From: an uncultured Gemmatimonadales bacterium
GTDB lineage: Bacteria > Gemmatimonadota > Gemmatimonadetes > Gemmatimonadales > GWC2-71-9
Length of the DNA stretch: 64,000 bases
Assembly (NCBI GenBank): GCA_963821525.1
Contig: CAWGED010000019.1
Span: forward strand, 608,001-672,000
Direction of reading: 5' to 3'
Positions 46,207 through 57,766 of this stretch are shown here, one piece after another. The notes beneath the pieces are model-generated. The model was not told where the DNA came from and ran no database searches. It was given only the letters and a program-made list of their open reading frames with translations. The stretch's first letter is position 1; every line of letters begins with the position of its first letter. The position numbers and the translations under genes are program-made.

Positions 46207-47220
46207 CTAGGTTGCGAACAGCGCCGGCGGGCCAGAGGTGTTCGAGCCGAAGTCGTAAAGCACGGCGCCAAGTATTGCGCTGCGGGTGAGGACGACATGA
46301 ACCGGCAGGTTCGTCAGCAGCCCGGCCAGCCGCCCCTTCTTGATGAAGCTCTGGAGGAAACGCCCCTCACCCAAGACCGGCAGAAGTCGTGGTGGAATTC
46401 CACCCGCGAGATAGACGCCGCCAGTCGCAAGAACTCGCAGCGCGAGATTTCCTGCCTCGGCCGCGAGAATCGAGACGAACATTTCAAGTGCTGCCGCGCT
46501 GAGCGGATCGGGGGTTGGCCTTTGAAGTCCGGCTTGAGTGATCATGGCTGCGGGGTCTGCCGCGTTTACGATGAGAGCCGCCGTCTCTCGGCTCGATGTG
46601 AAGTGTCCGGCACGGCGGAGGTAGTCGTAGATCCGGATGATCCCCGGCCCGGAGCAGACGCGTTCTACGCTGACGTGGTCGAACTCCTGTCGGAGATCCT
46701 GCAGCAGGCCGATTTCGAGCGGGGTAGTTGGAGCAAAATCTCCGTGGCCGCCCTCGGAAGGATGGGGCACATAGCGAAAGGAGTCCCAGGTAAGGAAAGC
46801 CTCGCCCAGCCCGGTTCCCGGCGCGATGACCGCAATGGCGCCCCCATCGGCTGGAGTGCCTTGATTGAGGATGTGGAGGTCGCCCGGGGTAAGCGTCGGA
46901 ATAGCGCGGGCGATCGCTTCGAGGTCATTGATGAGGCGCACCGACTCCAGGCCCAGCTCTTCGGCCAGGCCTCTCTCGTCGAGCACCCACGGCAGGTTGG
47001 TGATTTTGGTCCGGCCGTCGAGCACCGGCCCCGCGACCGCGAAGCAGGCGCGATCAATCGGAAGCTCGTTCGTGGCGAGAAACCGGCGAACGAGTGCGGC
47101 GAGACTCTCGCCATCGCCGCTCGCATAGGAAGCGTGCGCCAGCGGGGCGCGCGGGCCCGACTCCTGACTGAAAATGCCCAGCGCCGTCTTAGTGCCGCCT
47201 ACATCTCCTGCCAAAAGCAT
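46207..47220 (-). CDS. glk: Glucokinase
   Basis: LAGDVGGTK, LINDLEA, APGTGLG, SEGGH and ERVCSG. Confidence 0.94.
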   Translation of the reverse strand: MLLAGDVGGTKTALGIFSQESGPRAPLAHASYASGDGESLAALVRRFLATNELPIDRACFAVAGPVLDGRTKITNLPWVLDERGLAEELGLESVRLINDLEAIARAIPTLTPGDLHILNQGTPADGGAIAVIAPGTGLGEAFLTWDSFRYVPHPSEGGHGDFAPTTPLEIGLLQDLRQEFDHVSVERVCSGPGIIRIYDYLRRAGHFTSSRETAALIVNAADPAAMITQAGLQRPTPDPLSAAALEMFVSILAAEAGNLALRVLATGGVYLAGGIPPRLLPVLGEGRFLQSFIKKGRLAGLLTNLPVHVVLTRSAILGAVLYDFGSNTSGPPALFAT

Positions 47221-47312
47221 TGCGACATCCCACCCCTTCAAACGCGACTACAACGACCGCATCCTTTCGCATGGTAGTCGTGTGCGAGGCGTTTTGGAAT
47301 GGCGGGCGTTTC

Positions 47313-47458
47313 GGTGAACGGCGAACGGGGAGTGTCATCCGAGCGAGCGTAGCGAGAGAGGAATCCCAATGCGTGGTCTCACGGCCAGGCACGAGATTCC
47401 TCGCTTTGCTCGGAATGACAACTGTCTTCCTTCCCGTTCACCGTTCACCGCTCCCGCT
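47313..47458. repeat. REP-like palindrome (47333-47420) flanked by inverted (TGAACGG)/(CCGTTCA) heptamers
   Basis: tgtcatccgagcgagcgtagcgagagaggaatc...gattcctcgctttgctcggaatgaca. Confidence 0.8.
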
Positions 47459-47460
47459 TT

Positions 47461-50022
47461 CTAAAACCGAAACCCCGTCCCCACCGAGAAAATCGTCCCC
47501 TCCTCGCTGTGCGCCACGTCCAACCGCGCCACGACTTCGTCGAGCCCCGGCAGCCAGCCTAAGGACGGCGACGCCCAGAGTCCCCCGCCGAAGTCGGCGT
47601 GAAGTTTGGATGACGATTCTCCCTGATTCCACACTCTGCCCCCGTCGCCGAAGGCGAGGACACCAAGATCGGCGGAGATGAAGTTGACGTTGAAGCGGAA
47701 CATTCTCACCCGGGTCTCGATACTGCCGTAGGCCGAGCCACGGTCGCCGGAGAAGCGGTCGGTGCGAAAGCCGCGGAGGGTAAGTGGACCACCGACGCGC
47801 GCGGCCTGGCGGAAGGGCGGCGCTCCGGTGAGCAGGACTCCACCCAATCGTGTCGCCAGCACGAGGCGGCGCGATTGGCCGATTCCCCAGAGCGCCCGTC
47901 CTTGCGCGGAGATGCGACCGAATCCTCCCTGGTCCAGATCCATCCAGCCCGGAGCGCCGATCACCTCGAGGATTGCCTGGTAGCGCACCGGCTCTCGGAC
48001 CGACTGGAGCGTGGAGTATTCCAGGCTTCCGCCTACGCCGGCGAAGCTGAAATTCCCGGAGCCGTAGGGATGCTGTTGCGCGATGAGCGTGGTGCTGCCG
48101 GTGGTGTCGGTGCTGCCGAACGAGATGAAGGGGCCCGCCTTGAAGGCCAGCTCCCGCCGGGAGGAAATCGAGATGCCGGCACCCAAGGCGACCTCGCGGA
48201 CCTGGACCTCGTAGAAATCCTGATCTCTGGTTTGTTGAGTCTCGTTGCCGTAACCGAAGAAGCGCACCACGTCGATCCCCGTAGCCTTGCCCGTTAGTAA
48301 GAGGTGGAGATTCCTCAACACGTCCCGACGCTCGAACTCCAGAAGCACCCTCGCACCCGCCGGCTTGGTCGCGAAGGTGAACGCACCTCGGAGCTGCTGG
48401 CGATAATTCTTCTCCTCGAAACCTTGCCAGTCGCGATGGGCGCGGATCCCCGCCACGACCCCCAGGTCTGCACTGTATCCCAGCTGTACCCCGGACTTGG
48501 TCGCAGCGCCCCAGTCCATCGGCTCCGGCGGATAGCCATCGCGCTCCCATCGGATCCGACGGCCTGTGGCCCGTGGCACCACCCGCACTCCACCCGGCGG
48601 ATCCACCCGGGTGCTATCGGACTCGGCGTAAAGCACCACCCGTTTGGTGGAAGGCCCTTCCCGCTCGAGGGCCACATTCCCCGAGCGGGAGGTGATGCGC
48701 ACTCCCGTTCCCCCGTGTTCAACTCCAATGAGCTGGACAGAATCCTGGCCGCCTTCGAGGTGGAGTCTTATCTCCTCCGTCTCTTCGCGGGAGAATTGGC
48801 GATGAAAAGTCTCGACTCCGCCGGCCACGGCGAGGATCTCCACGGCTCCCTTGTCGGACCGCCGGACGGTCACCTTTTCGTCGGCATCAGATAGGACCAA
48901 GTCCGGGTAGTGATTGATGATGTAGTAGAACTGCTTGACGATTTTGGGCAGCAGGTCGCGACGAGACGCGATCCCGGTGAGGAGGAGCGACTGGGAAGCC
49001 ACGCGTTGCGACTCGGGGAGCAGCGCGATGGCCTCCTCGATCCGATCGTTGGTCAGCGATTGAGCCAGCGCGGATGACACGCTGTCCCATGCGGGCCGAT
49101 CGAGCCAAACCAAAAGCTGGCGGTCGAGGTCATATCCTCGATCGACCAGCGGCCCCACCTTCGGCATCTTCGGACCAAAGACCTGGTGGCCTGGTTCGTA
49201 CTGGTTGAGGACCGCCGCGTTCCAACCCTGAGCGCGAAGGAACGCTTCTTCCTGACGAATCGCGATCGGCACCCAGCGCCCCACACTGCCGCTATCCGCC
49301 GCCAGGCCCCAAAGCCAATGCTCGGGACTTCGGTCGCGATCGCCGACCAGTACGTCGAGGAGACGGGAGGCGAGATACCGCTCCGTCGCGACTCGGGTCG
49401 TGGGATCGAGCCGAAGTTGCTCGAGCAATGCGGCCGTGGTGATCACCCGTGAAAACCTGCCGTAGGGCTCCCCGTCGAGCTCGGGAGCCCCCTCGACCCA
49501 GACCGGCCGGCCTCGCAGCGAATCGAGGAGATGGAACGAGTCGGTCGCAGCGCGGAGAACCACCAGCATCGGCTGAATCGCGTCCAGGCCGACACGCTGA
49601 TACAACCCAGCTGCCACGAGCGGAGCCGTGGGGTGTACGTTGGCGACGAGATCCCGAAGGAGATTGTTGAACTCGGTATCGCGCAGGTTCCTGGGCAGCA
49701 GCGCGGTGACGGGATCTCGATCTACCGGAAGGATTCGAAGTGCCCTGCCGTCTGCTCCTCGCGCGATGACGACGTTGCCGAGGGGTCCGTTATCCGGCGC
49801 GAACGTGACCTGTCCCCCACCGAGCTGATCGGCGTTGGCCACCGTCAGGCACACGGTATCCGCCCAGAGCGCACGCCATCCCGCCCCGCGCGCGAGACCC
49901 GGGCCCTTGGGCTCCGCCAATCGCGGGCTGAGAACGACCGCGGCGGAGTCGGGAGGCTCTCCCGACGGGCGTTGAGTACCGCTCGCGGCAACGCAACCGC
50001 CGACAACCAGGAGCCAGAGCAA
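47461..50022 (-). CDS. Omp85/BamA-TamA-like outer membrane protein with large non-POTRA N-terminal domain; probable lipoprotein
   Basis: C-terminal GG..TLRGF motif, FGDGGRVW, terminal GFRF, and VVGGC lipobox-like N-terminus. The true start may be 50047 with a frameshift. Confidence 0.82.
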   Translation of the reverse strand: MLWLLVVGGCVAASGTQRPSGEPPDSAAVVLSPRLAEPKGPGLARGAGWRALWADTVCLTVANADQLGGGQVTFAPDNGPLGNVVIARGADGRALRILPVDRDPVTALLPRNLRDTEFNNLLRDLVANVHPTAPLVAAGLYQRVGLDAIQPMLVVLRAATDSFHLLDSLRGRPVWVEGAPELDGEPYGRFSRVITTAALLEQLRLDPTTRVATERYLASRLLDVLVGDRDRSPEHWLWGLAADSGSVGRWVPIAIRQEEAFLRAQGWNAAVLNQYEPGHQVFGPKMPKVGPLVDRGYDLDRQLLVWLDRPAWDSVSSALAQSLTNDRIEEAIALLPESQRVASQSLLLTGIASRRDLLPKIVKQFYYIINHYPDLVLSDADEKVTVRRSDKGAVEILAVAGGVETFHRQFSREETEEIRLHLEGGQDSVQLIGVEHGGTGVRITSRSGNVALEREGPSTKRVVLYAESDSTRVDPPGGVRVVPRATGRRIRWERDGYPPEPMDWGAATKSGVQLGYSADLGVVAGIRAHRDWQGFEEKNYRQQLRGAFTFATKPAGARVLLEFERRDVLRNLHLLLTGKATGIDVVRFFGYGNETQQTRDQDFYEVQVREVALGAGISISSRRELAFKAGPFISFGSTDTTGSTTLIAQQHPYGSGNFSFAGVGGSLEYSTLQSVREPVRYQAILEVIGAPGWMDLDQGGFGRISAQGRALWGIGQSRRLVLATRLGGVLLTGAPPFRQAARVGGPLTLRGFRTDRFSGDRGSAYGSIETRVRMFRFNVNFISADLGVLAFGDGGRVWNQGESSSKLHADFGGGLWASPSLGWLPGLDEVVARLDVAHSEEGTIFSVGTGFRF

Positions 50023-50076
50023 CGCGGGATTCCGGGAAGGTGTTCATTAGTGAGAGCAGAATAACAAAAGCGCGAA

Positions 50077-50202
50077 GGGGGAAAAGGGAACAGGGGAAAA
50101 GGAACGGTGGACCTCGCTTCGCTCGAGATGAGGTGGTCCCTCACCTTTCCCTTCTTCGATTCCCCTGTTCCCGGTTCCCTGTTCCCTTTTCCCGCTTTTC
50201 CC
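50077..50202. repeat. Inverted (GGGAACA)/(TGTTCCC)-like arrays around a half REP-like unit (50109-50139)
   Basis: gggaaaagggaacaggggaaaaggaac ... cctcgcttcgctcgagatgaggtg ... cccctgttcccggttccctgttccc. Confidence 0.65.
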
Positions 50203-50221
50203 TCACTATACTTGTCCCCAC

Positions 50222-50303
50222 GCGAACGTGGCGGAACTGGCAGACGCGCAGGACTTAGGATCCTGTGGGGTAACCCTTCCGGGTTCGACTCCCGGCGTTC
50301 GCA
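50222..50303 (+). tRNA. tRNA-Leu (anticodon TAG)
   Basis: Acceptor stem GCGAACG/CGTTCGC, D-loop GG, anticodon arm CAGGA-CTTAGGA-TCCTG, long variable arm, and T-arm GGTTCGACT. CCA is not encoded. Confidence 0.96.
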
Positions 50304-50315
50304 CTCAACGACTTA

Positions 50316-50342
50316 GGGCCTCCCAACTCGGGAGGCCTTTTC
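50316..50342 (+). terminator. Terminator after tRNA-Leu
   Basis: ggcctccc-aactc-gggaggcc-tttt. Confidence 0.75.
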
Positions 50343-50756
50343 GTGGATACGGCTGTTGCATGTCACTGTCGCCGTGGGAAAGGCCGTTGCTCAGGCCCGA
50401 CTCCTTAGCCGAGGAACCTGCTGGCCCGCCCGCGCGGGCCGAGGTGTCGTTCGTCCCGTCGAGCGTGGCGCTGAACAGCGCCACTAGCAAGATCGAGATC
50501 CGAGGAGAGCTAGCCCGTGGGCAGGGCGGAGACCACCGGAGAGCGTCTGGTTGTGGGTTTACTTCATGAATCCGACCGAGACGTACAACGGGCAGCCCAT
50601 GGGCGGGGGCCGGTCCGACGAGCCCATTGAACTGGTTCATCCATTCGGCGCAGGGGACACGGCGCGAATTATGGCGCGCGGTCCATTCCATTGGGCGACC
50701 AACTCGGACGCCCCGCAGACCGACTCTTACGCCCGCTCTCGGTCGGCGCGCTCGGC

Positions 50757-52211
50757 TTACGGCGTAGCCGCGACCGCCGCGGCCGCGTTGAGCAGGCCCG
50801 CGCCCGTCGCGTCGGCGCCCCAGCAGATCTCTTCCGGCGGCGGAGAGAGCGGCACCAGAATGACCTGCCGGCACCCCGCGCCCAGAGGCACCGCCGAGCC
50901 CTCGATGATCGACTCGGCCTGTGCCTCGGTCAGGGTGGGGTTCTTCTGCAGCATCAGCGCGATGGTGCCGGTCACGTGCGGCGCCGCCTCCGAAGTGCCG
51001 CCGAGGAAGAAGAAGTCGGTCTGGCCGCGCTGGAGCTGATACGGCCCAACGACCCACGAGCCCGGGGCGGCGATGTCGAGATCCTGCCCGTTGAGCTGCC
51101 GGCCGGAGAAGGCGGTGATGTAGAAGTCGCTCACGCTGGTCGGGTCGCCCACGTCCTGAGTGAACCACCAGTTGATATCCGGCACCCACTCGTGGGTCCA
51201 GCCACTCGCGGCTGCGGAGATGACCTGCGGCAGTGCGCCGGGGTAGCCCATGCCATTCTCACCCCCGTTGCCGGCGGAGAAGACCAGCAGCACTCCCTGT
51301 TGGAGCGCGAAGTTGACGGCGGCCTCGACCAGGGGGTCGTTCCCCCCACTGCCCCAGCTGTTGTTCACCACCAGCGGCTGCCCCGCGAGCGGCCCCTGCT
51401 TGAGCTCCGCGAAGTAGAGCAGGCCCGCGGCCGCGACCGAGCTGGGGAAGCCGCAAGGGCTGGGATTCTGCGACGTCGGGCTCCCCTGGGTGCTGAGCTT
51501 TACCGGGATGACCGTCGCCTGTGGCGCGGTGCCCTGGAACCGCACGGTACCGACGACCTGATACCCCAGCACCGTGCTGGTCACGTGCGTGCCGTGGGCA
51601 CAGACGTCGTGCTGCCAAGCGTCGCCGGCCCGCTGGGTGACGTTGCCCGCGTCAACCGCGCCGCCGCCGGTGAAGGTGGTGGCGTACTGGGTGGCGATGC
51701 GGTCGGTGGGGAAGTATTGCGGCCAGGTGTAGAGCAACCCGGTGTCCAGGATGCCGACCCAGACGCCGGCGCCCGTCTGCACGACACCCCGCGTCGCGCT
51801 CAGCGGCGAGACGGTCGCGTTGATCGCGTCCTGATCCCAAGTGCTGAAGCCACCGGTAAAATCCGAGACGGGCACGAGAGGGGTGTTGGGCGGGAAATCG
51901 ATCTCGGCGTCGAGTGCCGCGCCCTTGACGAAGGGCAGGGCCTTCACCGCAGCGAGCTGGCCGGCCATGGCCGCCAAAGTGAGGCCGTAGATCTGCGGGA
52001 ACTGCTTCTTCACCCGGCCGATCGCGTTGAGCTGCGCGAGCTGGGCGCTCGTTGCCTTGCCCTTGAGGACGACGTTGATGCCGACTTGGCCAGAGGATGC
52101 GGCGGATGCTAACGACTGCGAGGAAGGAGTGGCGGGTTGGGTGGTCTCATCGCTACAGGCAGCAAGCAATACGAGGCAGCCTGCTGCGAGTGTAAGGAAG
52201 CGGGAGTTCAT
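50757..52211 (-). CDS. Subtilisin-like (S8) serine peptidase, lipoprotein
   Basis: Lipobox LLAAC. Catalytic motifs ILDTG, HGTHV, SAGN and GTSEAAPHV. Confidence 0.92.
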   Translation of the reverse strand: MNSRFLTLAAGCLVLLAACSDETTQPATPSSQSLASAASSGQVGINVVLKGKATSAQLAQLNAIGRVKKQFPQIYGLTLAAMAGQLAAVKALPFVKGAALDAEIDFPPNTPLVPVSDFTGGFSTWDQDAINATVSPLSATRGVVQTGAGVWVGILDTGLLYTWPQYFPTDRIATQYATTFTGGGAVDAGNVTQRAGDAWQHDVCAHGTHVTSTVLGYQVVGTVRFQGTAPQATVIPVKLSTQGSPTSQNPSPCGFPSSVAAAGLLYFAELKQGPLAGQPLVVNNSWGSGGNDPLVEAAVNFALQQGVLLVFSAGNGGENGMGYPGALPQVISAAASGWTHEWVPDINWWFTQDVGDPTSVSDFYITAFSGRQLNGQDLDIAAPGSWVVGPYQLQRGQTDFFFLGGTSEAAPHVTGTIALMLQKNPTLTEAQAESIIEGSAVPLGAGCRQVILVPLSPPPEEICWGADATGAGLLNAAAAVAATP

Positions 52212-52378
52212 CAAGGCCTCCAGGGGGAAAGCCTCAACGCCGGGAGCCACAGCGAGCAACCGTCGCGTGCGCGTCCGGCGGGGCTGTTTCATGCTACGGC
52301 GAGCGGGAGGACCACGCAAGTCAGTTGGTTACGACAGCGGAGCGCGAGCCGCAGAAGAGTGCAACAAGTTGCAACAGC

Positions 52379-52420
52379 CCTGTGGGGAAACCTTTCCGGG
52401 TTCGACTTCCGGCGTTCGCA
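52379..52420 (+). mobile_element. Duplicated 3' half of tRNA-Leu (att-like direct repeat)
   Basis: 39/42 identical to 50262-50303. Confidence 0.85.
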
Positions 52421-52475
52421 TTTTGGCCCCCACTCGAGCATGTTGGGTCCATCGACTCGCACCAAGAGGTCCGGC

Positions 52476-53330
52476 ATGTTCAAGTCCGGTAGCCTGTGGC
52501 CTGCAATCCTCGCGACTACCCTCGCGGCCCAGGGCTGCAACCGGGTCACCAAGAACGTCTCCTACGATCCCGCCGGCACCGACTCGCTTACAGCACTCGA
52601 CATTTACCCGCCGAGGTTTGGCGGGCATCATCCGGTCGTCATCTTCATTCACGGCGGAAGCTACGTCGAGGGCGACAAGAACACCGAGGTGGGCGCCAAG
52701 CCCAAAGCGTTCGCCGGCGAGGGATACGTCTTCGTCGCCCCCAACTACCGCCTGTCTCCCGCGGTCAAGCACCCGGTCCACATCCAGGACGTCGCCAAGG
52801 CCATCGCCTGGGTGCACCATAACATCGGCCGCTACGGCGGTGACTCCACCCGGCTCTTCGTCTTGGGCCATTCCTCCGGCGCCAGCATGGCAGCACTCAT
52901 CGCCACCAATGAGCGTTACCTGAAGGCCGAAGGCCTGGATCTCTCGTCTTTGAGCGGGGCGATCCTGCTGGATGGCAGCGCCTATGATATCCCGCGCCGA
53001 TTCTCCGAGGATTCGGCCGACGCTCATCGCCTGCTCGCCATCTTCGGCGACGATCCCGCGGTGTGGGAGGAGGCCTCCGCGCAGTATCACTGTCAAAAGA
53101 ACAAGGGCATTCCGCCCTTCCTGATGTTCTTTCTCACCGCGCGCGCCGGAGGCACCCAGCAGTCTCAGGCCCTGGCGGGTGCCCTGGCCACAGCCGGGGT
53201 AAAAGTCGAGATCAAACCGATTCAGACCGTGGGGCACTACAAACTGAATCTGGAGCTGGGGCTGGAAACGGATCCCGCCACTGCGGACGTCTTCTCGTTC
53301 CTGGAGACCTACAGCGCTCGGGGACCCTGA
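52476..53330 (+). CDS. Alpha/beta hydrolase (HSL-like esterase), probable lipoprotein
   Basis: IHGGS, NYRL and GHSSGA; lipobox AQGC. Confidence 0.88.
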   Translation: MFKSGSLWPAILATTLAAQGCNRVTKNVSYDPAGTDSLTALDIYPPRFGGHHPVVIFIHGGSYVEGDKNTEVGAKPKAFAGEGYVFVAPNYRLSPAVKHPVHIQDVAKAIAWVHHNIGRYGGDSTRLFVLGHSSGASMAALIATNERYLKAEGLDLSSLSGAILLDGSAYDIPRRFSEDSADAHRLLAIFGDDPAVWEEASAQYHCQKNKGIPPFLMFFLTARAGGTQQSQALAGALATAGVKVEIKPIQTVGHYKLNLELGLETDPATADVFSFLETYSARGP

Positions 53331-53349
53331 GCGTAATTGCGGGAGCTAT

Positions 53350-53742
53350 TCAGCCGGTCGAGGACCGGCTCCCACCGCGCTGCAGCAACGCCAGTCGCAC
53401 CGCGTCTACCACGAGAGAAAAATCGTCGAGCTTGGAGATCAGTGGCACACCGCGCTGCTCGATCGGCGCGTGGACCTTGGGATCCCGTGCCGCTCCGGTG
53501 AGAAACACCACCCGGTGGAGCAGTTCGGGGACCCGGGAGACCAGCGAATCGTAGAACGCGACCCCGCTTACTTCGGGCATCAGCACATCGCTCACCACGG
53601 CATCCACGTCCCCCGCCTCGACCACGCGCAACGCCTCGGCCCCGGACCCGGCTTCGAGGACCGCAAAGCCGCTGCGCTCGAAATAGCCTCGTAACGCCCG
53701 GCGAATCGACTTCTCGTCGTCAACCACGAGGACGGTGGACAT
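53350..53742 (-). CDS. Single-domain response regulator
   Basis: VLVVDDE, SDVLMP and FLTG. Confidence 0.9.
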   Translation of the reverse strand: MSTVLVVDDEKSIRRALRGYFERSGFAVLEAGSGAEALRVVEAGDVDAVVSDVLMPEVSGVAFYDSLVSRVPELLHRVVFLTGAARDPKVHAPIEQRGVPLISKLDDFSLVVDAVRLALLQRGGSRSSTG

Positions 53743-53885
53743 GCTTACTATTCAACAAGTTGCGATATGCGGGGTCAAGTAGTTCGATCGGTCTACACCC
53801 TCGTCTGTAGCCCGTCCCGTAAGCGTTCGACCGGCCGGACCGCTCCTACTGCCCCCTCGCCCTGTGGCAGACTAAATTGCCGCCC

Positions 53886-55139
53886 ATGTCGGACATATCG
53901 ATCGTAAAGACAAAGGAAGACGAAGCCTCCAAGTCCCTCCAGGTGACCGTGCCGGTGGATCGGGTTCGCCAGGCGGAGGACAAGGCTCTCAAGTACTACC
54001 GGCAGCGGGCCCGCCTGCCCGGCTTTCGCCAGGGACACGCCCCCGAAGGGGTGGTTCGCAAGCGCTTTGGTGACGCCATCCGGCAGACCGTGCTGGAAGA
54101 GGTGATCCGGGAGAGCTGGGAAGCGGCCCAGACCAGCGAGCAGCTCAAGCCGATCGCCGAGCCGCACATCCACAATCTCAAGTTCGAGACCGGTGGCCCG
54201 ATCGAATTCGAGTTCCACGTCGAGGTCCGTCCCGAGGTTAAGCTCGACCGCACCGGTGGCTTTACCCTGCACCGCCGGGTGCTTCCGGTGACGGATGCGG
54301 AGGTCGAGTCGCGCCTGCGTGACGTACAGGAACAGAAGGCGACCTGGATCCCGGTCGAAGGGCAGAAGCCTTCACCCGGCCAGCAAGTGAGAATCGAAGT
54401 CGCGCCGCTTGAGGGAGAGAACGCCGCCGCCGCGCAGCCCTATGTGATGGTGCTGGGCGAGGGCCGCGCGATCCCCGACGTCGAGGAGCGGGTGATGACG
54501 CTGCTTCCCGGAGAGTCGGTGGATACCGAAGTCCGCTTCCCGGAGGACTTCTCGGATGAATCCCGCCGCGGCCAGACTCGCAAGGTGCGCATCGCGCTGC
54601 ACGAGGTGAAACGGCAGGAGTTACCGGCCCTGGACGACAGCTTCGCGCGGGAAGTGGGAGACTTCGAAAGTCTCGATGCGCTGCGGGCCGCCATCCGGAC
54701 CGATCTGGAGCGGGACGCGCAGCAGACCGCCGATCAGTCCGTACGTCAGGACCTGGTTCGCCAGCTGATCGAGGCTAACGGAATCACCGCCCCCGGTTCG
54801 TTGGTGGACCGGTTGATTCAGGGATACGGTCAGGCCTACCAGATTGATCAGGCCCGTCTCGGGGACTTCGCCAATGAATTCCGTCCCATGGCGGAGTCCC
54901 AGGTAAAGCGGGACTTATTGCTCGACACCGTGGTGGAAAGCGAAAAACTGGCAGCCACCGAGGCGGATATCGATGGTCGGGTTGCGGCGATGGCCCAGGC
55001 ACGGGGGTTGCCGGTCGGACAGTTGTACGCCCAGCTGGAGAAGGCCAACCGGCTGCGGGAACTGGAGCGTGGGATCACCGAGGAGAAGGCGTTCGCCTGG
55101 CTCCTCCAGCAAAGCACCATTGAGGAGAGCGCGAATTGA
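53886..55139 (+). CDS. tig: Trigger factor
   Basis: Ribosome-binding motif [14 protein letters not shown]-like domain, and position upstream of clpP. Confidence 0.93.
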   Translation: MSDISIVKTKEDEASKSLQVTVPVDRVRQAEDKALKYYRQRARLPGFRQGHAPEGVVRKRFGDAIRQTVLEEVIRESWEAAQTSEQLKPIAEPHIHNLKFETGGPIEFEFHVEVRPEVKLDRTGGFTLHRRVLPVTDAEVESRLRDVQEQKATWIPVEGQKPSPGQQVRIEVAPLEGENAAAAQPYVMVLGEGRAIPDVEERVMTLLPGESVDTEVRFPEDFSDESRRGQTRKVRIALHEVKRQELPALDDSFAREVGDFESLDALRAAIRTDLERDAQQTADQSVRQDLVRQLIEANGITAPGSLVDRLIQGYGQAYQIDQARLGDFANEFRPMAESQVKRDLLLDTVVESEKLAATEADIDGRVAAMAQARGLPVGQLYAQLEKANRLRELERGITEEKAFAWLLQQSTIEESAN

Positions 55140-55141
55140 CG

Positions 55142-55756
55142 ATGTCAACTCTCTATCCGCCGTATGTGATTGAACGGTCGAGCCGCGGGGAGCGGTCCTA
55201 CGATATCTTCTCCCGGCTGCTGATGGATCGGATCGTTTTCATGGGAGCGCCGATCAACGACGATGTGGCCAATATCGTGATCGCGCAGCTGCTCTTCCTG
55301 GAAGCGGACAATCCCGAGCGGGACATCTATCTCTACATCAACTCGCCGGGCGGTGTCGTCTCGAGCGGCCTCGCGATCTACGACACGATGCAGTACCTCA
55401 AGGCGCCGATCAATACCATCTGCATGGGGATGGCGGCCTCGATGGGCTCGTTCCTGCTGGCGGCGGGACTCAAGGGCAAGCGGAGCGCCCTGCCCCACTC
55501 CCGTATCATGATTCACCAGCCCTCGGGCGGTGCGCAGGGGACCGCGGCCGACATCGAGATCCAGGCGCGCGAGATCCTCTATCTCCGTTCGAAGCTGAAC
55601 GGCCTGTACGCCCAGCACACCGGCCAGGCCATCGAGACCATCGAACGGGACATGGATCGCGACCGCTTCATGAGCGCCGAGGAGGCGAAGGAGTACGGGA
55701 TCATCGACAGCGTAATCACCAAGCATACCGAGATTCAGCCGGCCAAGAACCCTTGA
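55142..55756 (+). CDS. clpP: ATP-dependent Clp protease proteolytic subunit
   Basis: [21 protein letters not shown] and MIHQP. Confidence 0.97.
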   Translation: MSTLYPPYVIERSSRGERSYDIFSRLLMDRIVFMGAPINDDVANIVIAQLLFLEADNPERDIYLYINSPGGVVSSGLAIYDTMQYLKAPINTICMGMAASMGSFLLAAGLKGKRSALPHSRIMIHQPSGGAQGTAADIEIQAREILYLRSKLNGLYAQHTGQAIETIERDMDRDRFMSAEEAKEYGIIDSVITKHTEIQPAKNP

Positions 55757-55828
55757 CGCTCCCCCGGAGCCGGGGCACCTTTTGACTGTCTTCCCCGGCT
55801 CCCTTTCACCTTAGACCGCGGTTGGTAC

Positions 55829-57075
<1,247 letters not shown>

Positions 57076-57111
57076 GGCGAACAGGGCGAACACGGCGAAC
57101 GAGGCGGGCGT

Positions 57112-57766
57112 GATGGACGTCATGCCCGCCATGATCGCCCCGCCCGCCCCGACCGCCATGCACCGATCCTCCCCGCTTGCCCAGCTTCCCATCGACTTCC
57201 TCGGCAGCTTCCCCGACCCCCAGGTCCGGCTCGAGCCGCCGCTTCCTGAAATAGCATTTCTTGGCCGCTCCAACGTCGGCAAATCGAGCCTGCTGAACGC
57301 GCTCGTCGGCCGGCGAAATCTGGCGCGGGTGAGCGGGTCGCCCGGAAAGACCACGTTGCTGAACGTGTTCCGGCTGCCCTCGCTCTATCTGATCGACCTG
57401 CCGGGCTACGGCTATGCCCGGGCTTCGCACAGCGATCGGGCGGGATTTGCGAAGTTGATCAAGGGCGTGCTGACTCGCCGGACGAGCTTGACCGGCTTGG
57501 TTTGGCTGCTCGACATCCGGCACTCTCCGTCGAAGGAAGACGTAGAGTACAGCCACCTGCTCGCCGAGCGGGGCATTCCGCTTCTGGTCGCCCTCACCAA
57601 GGCGGACAAGCTCGGCCGCGCAGCCCGCGGAGAGCGGTTGCGGGAGTTGGCGAAGGCGCTGGAGGTTCCGGAGGAGCAGTTCGAGCCTACCAGCAGCAGC
57701 ACCGGACTCGGCATTGCGGAGCTGGGCGAGAGCGTTCTCGCCGCGACGGCCACGGAGGCACGATGA
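57112..57766 (+). CDS. yihA: Ribosome biogenesis GTPase YihA/YsxC (EngB); start uncertain
   Basis: [19 protein letters not shown] and TKADK. Confidence 0.92.
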
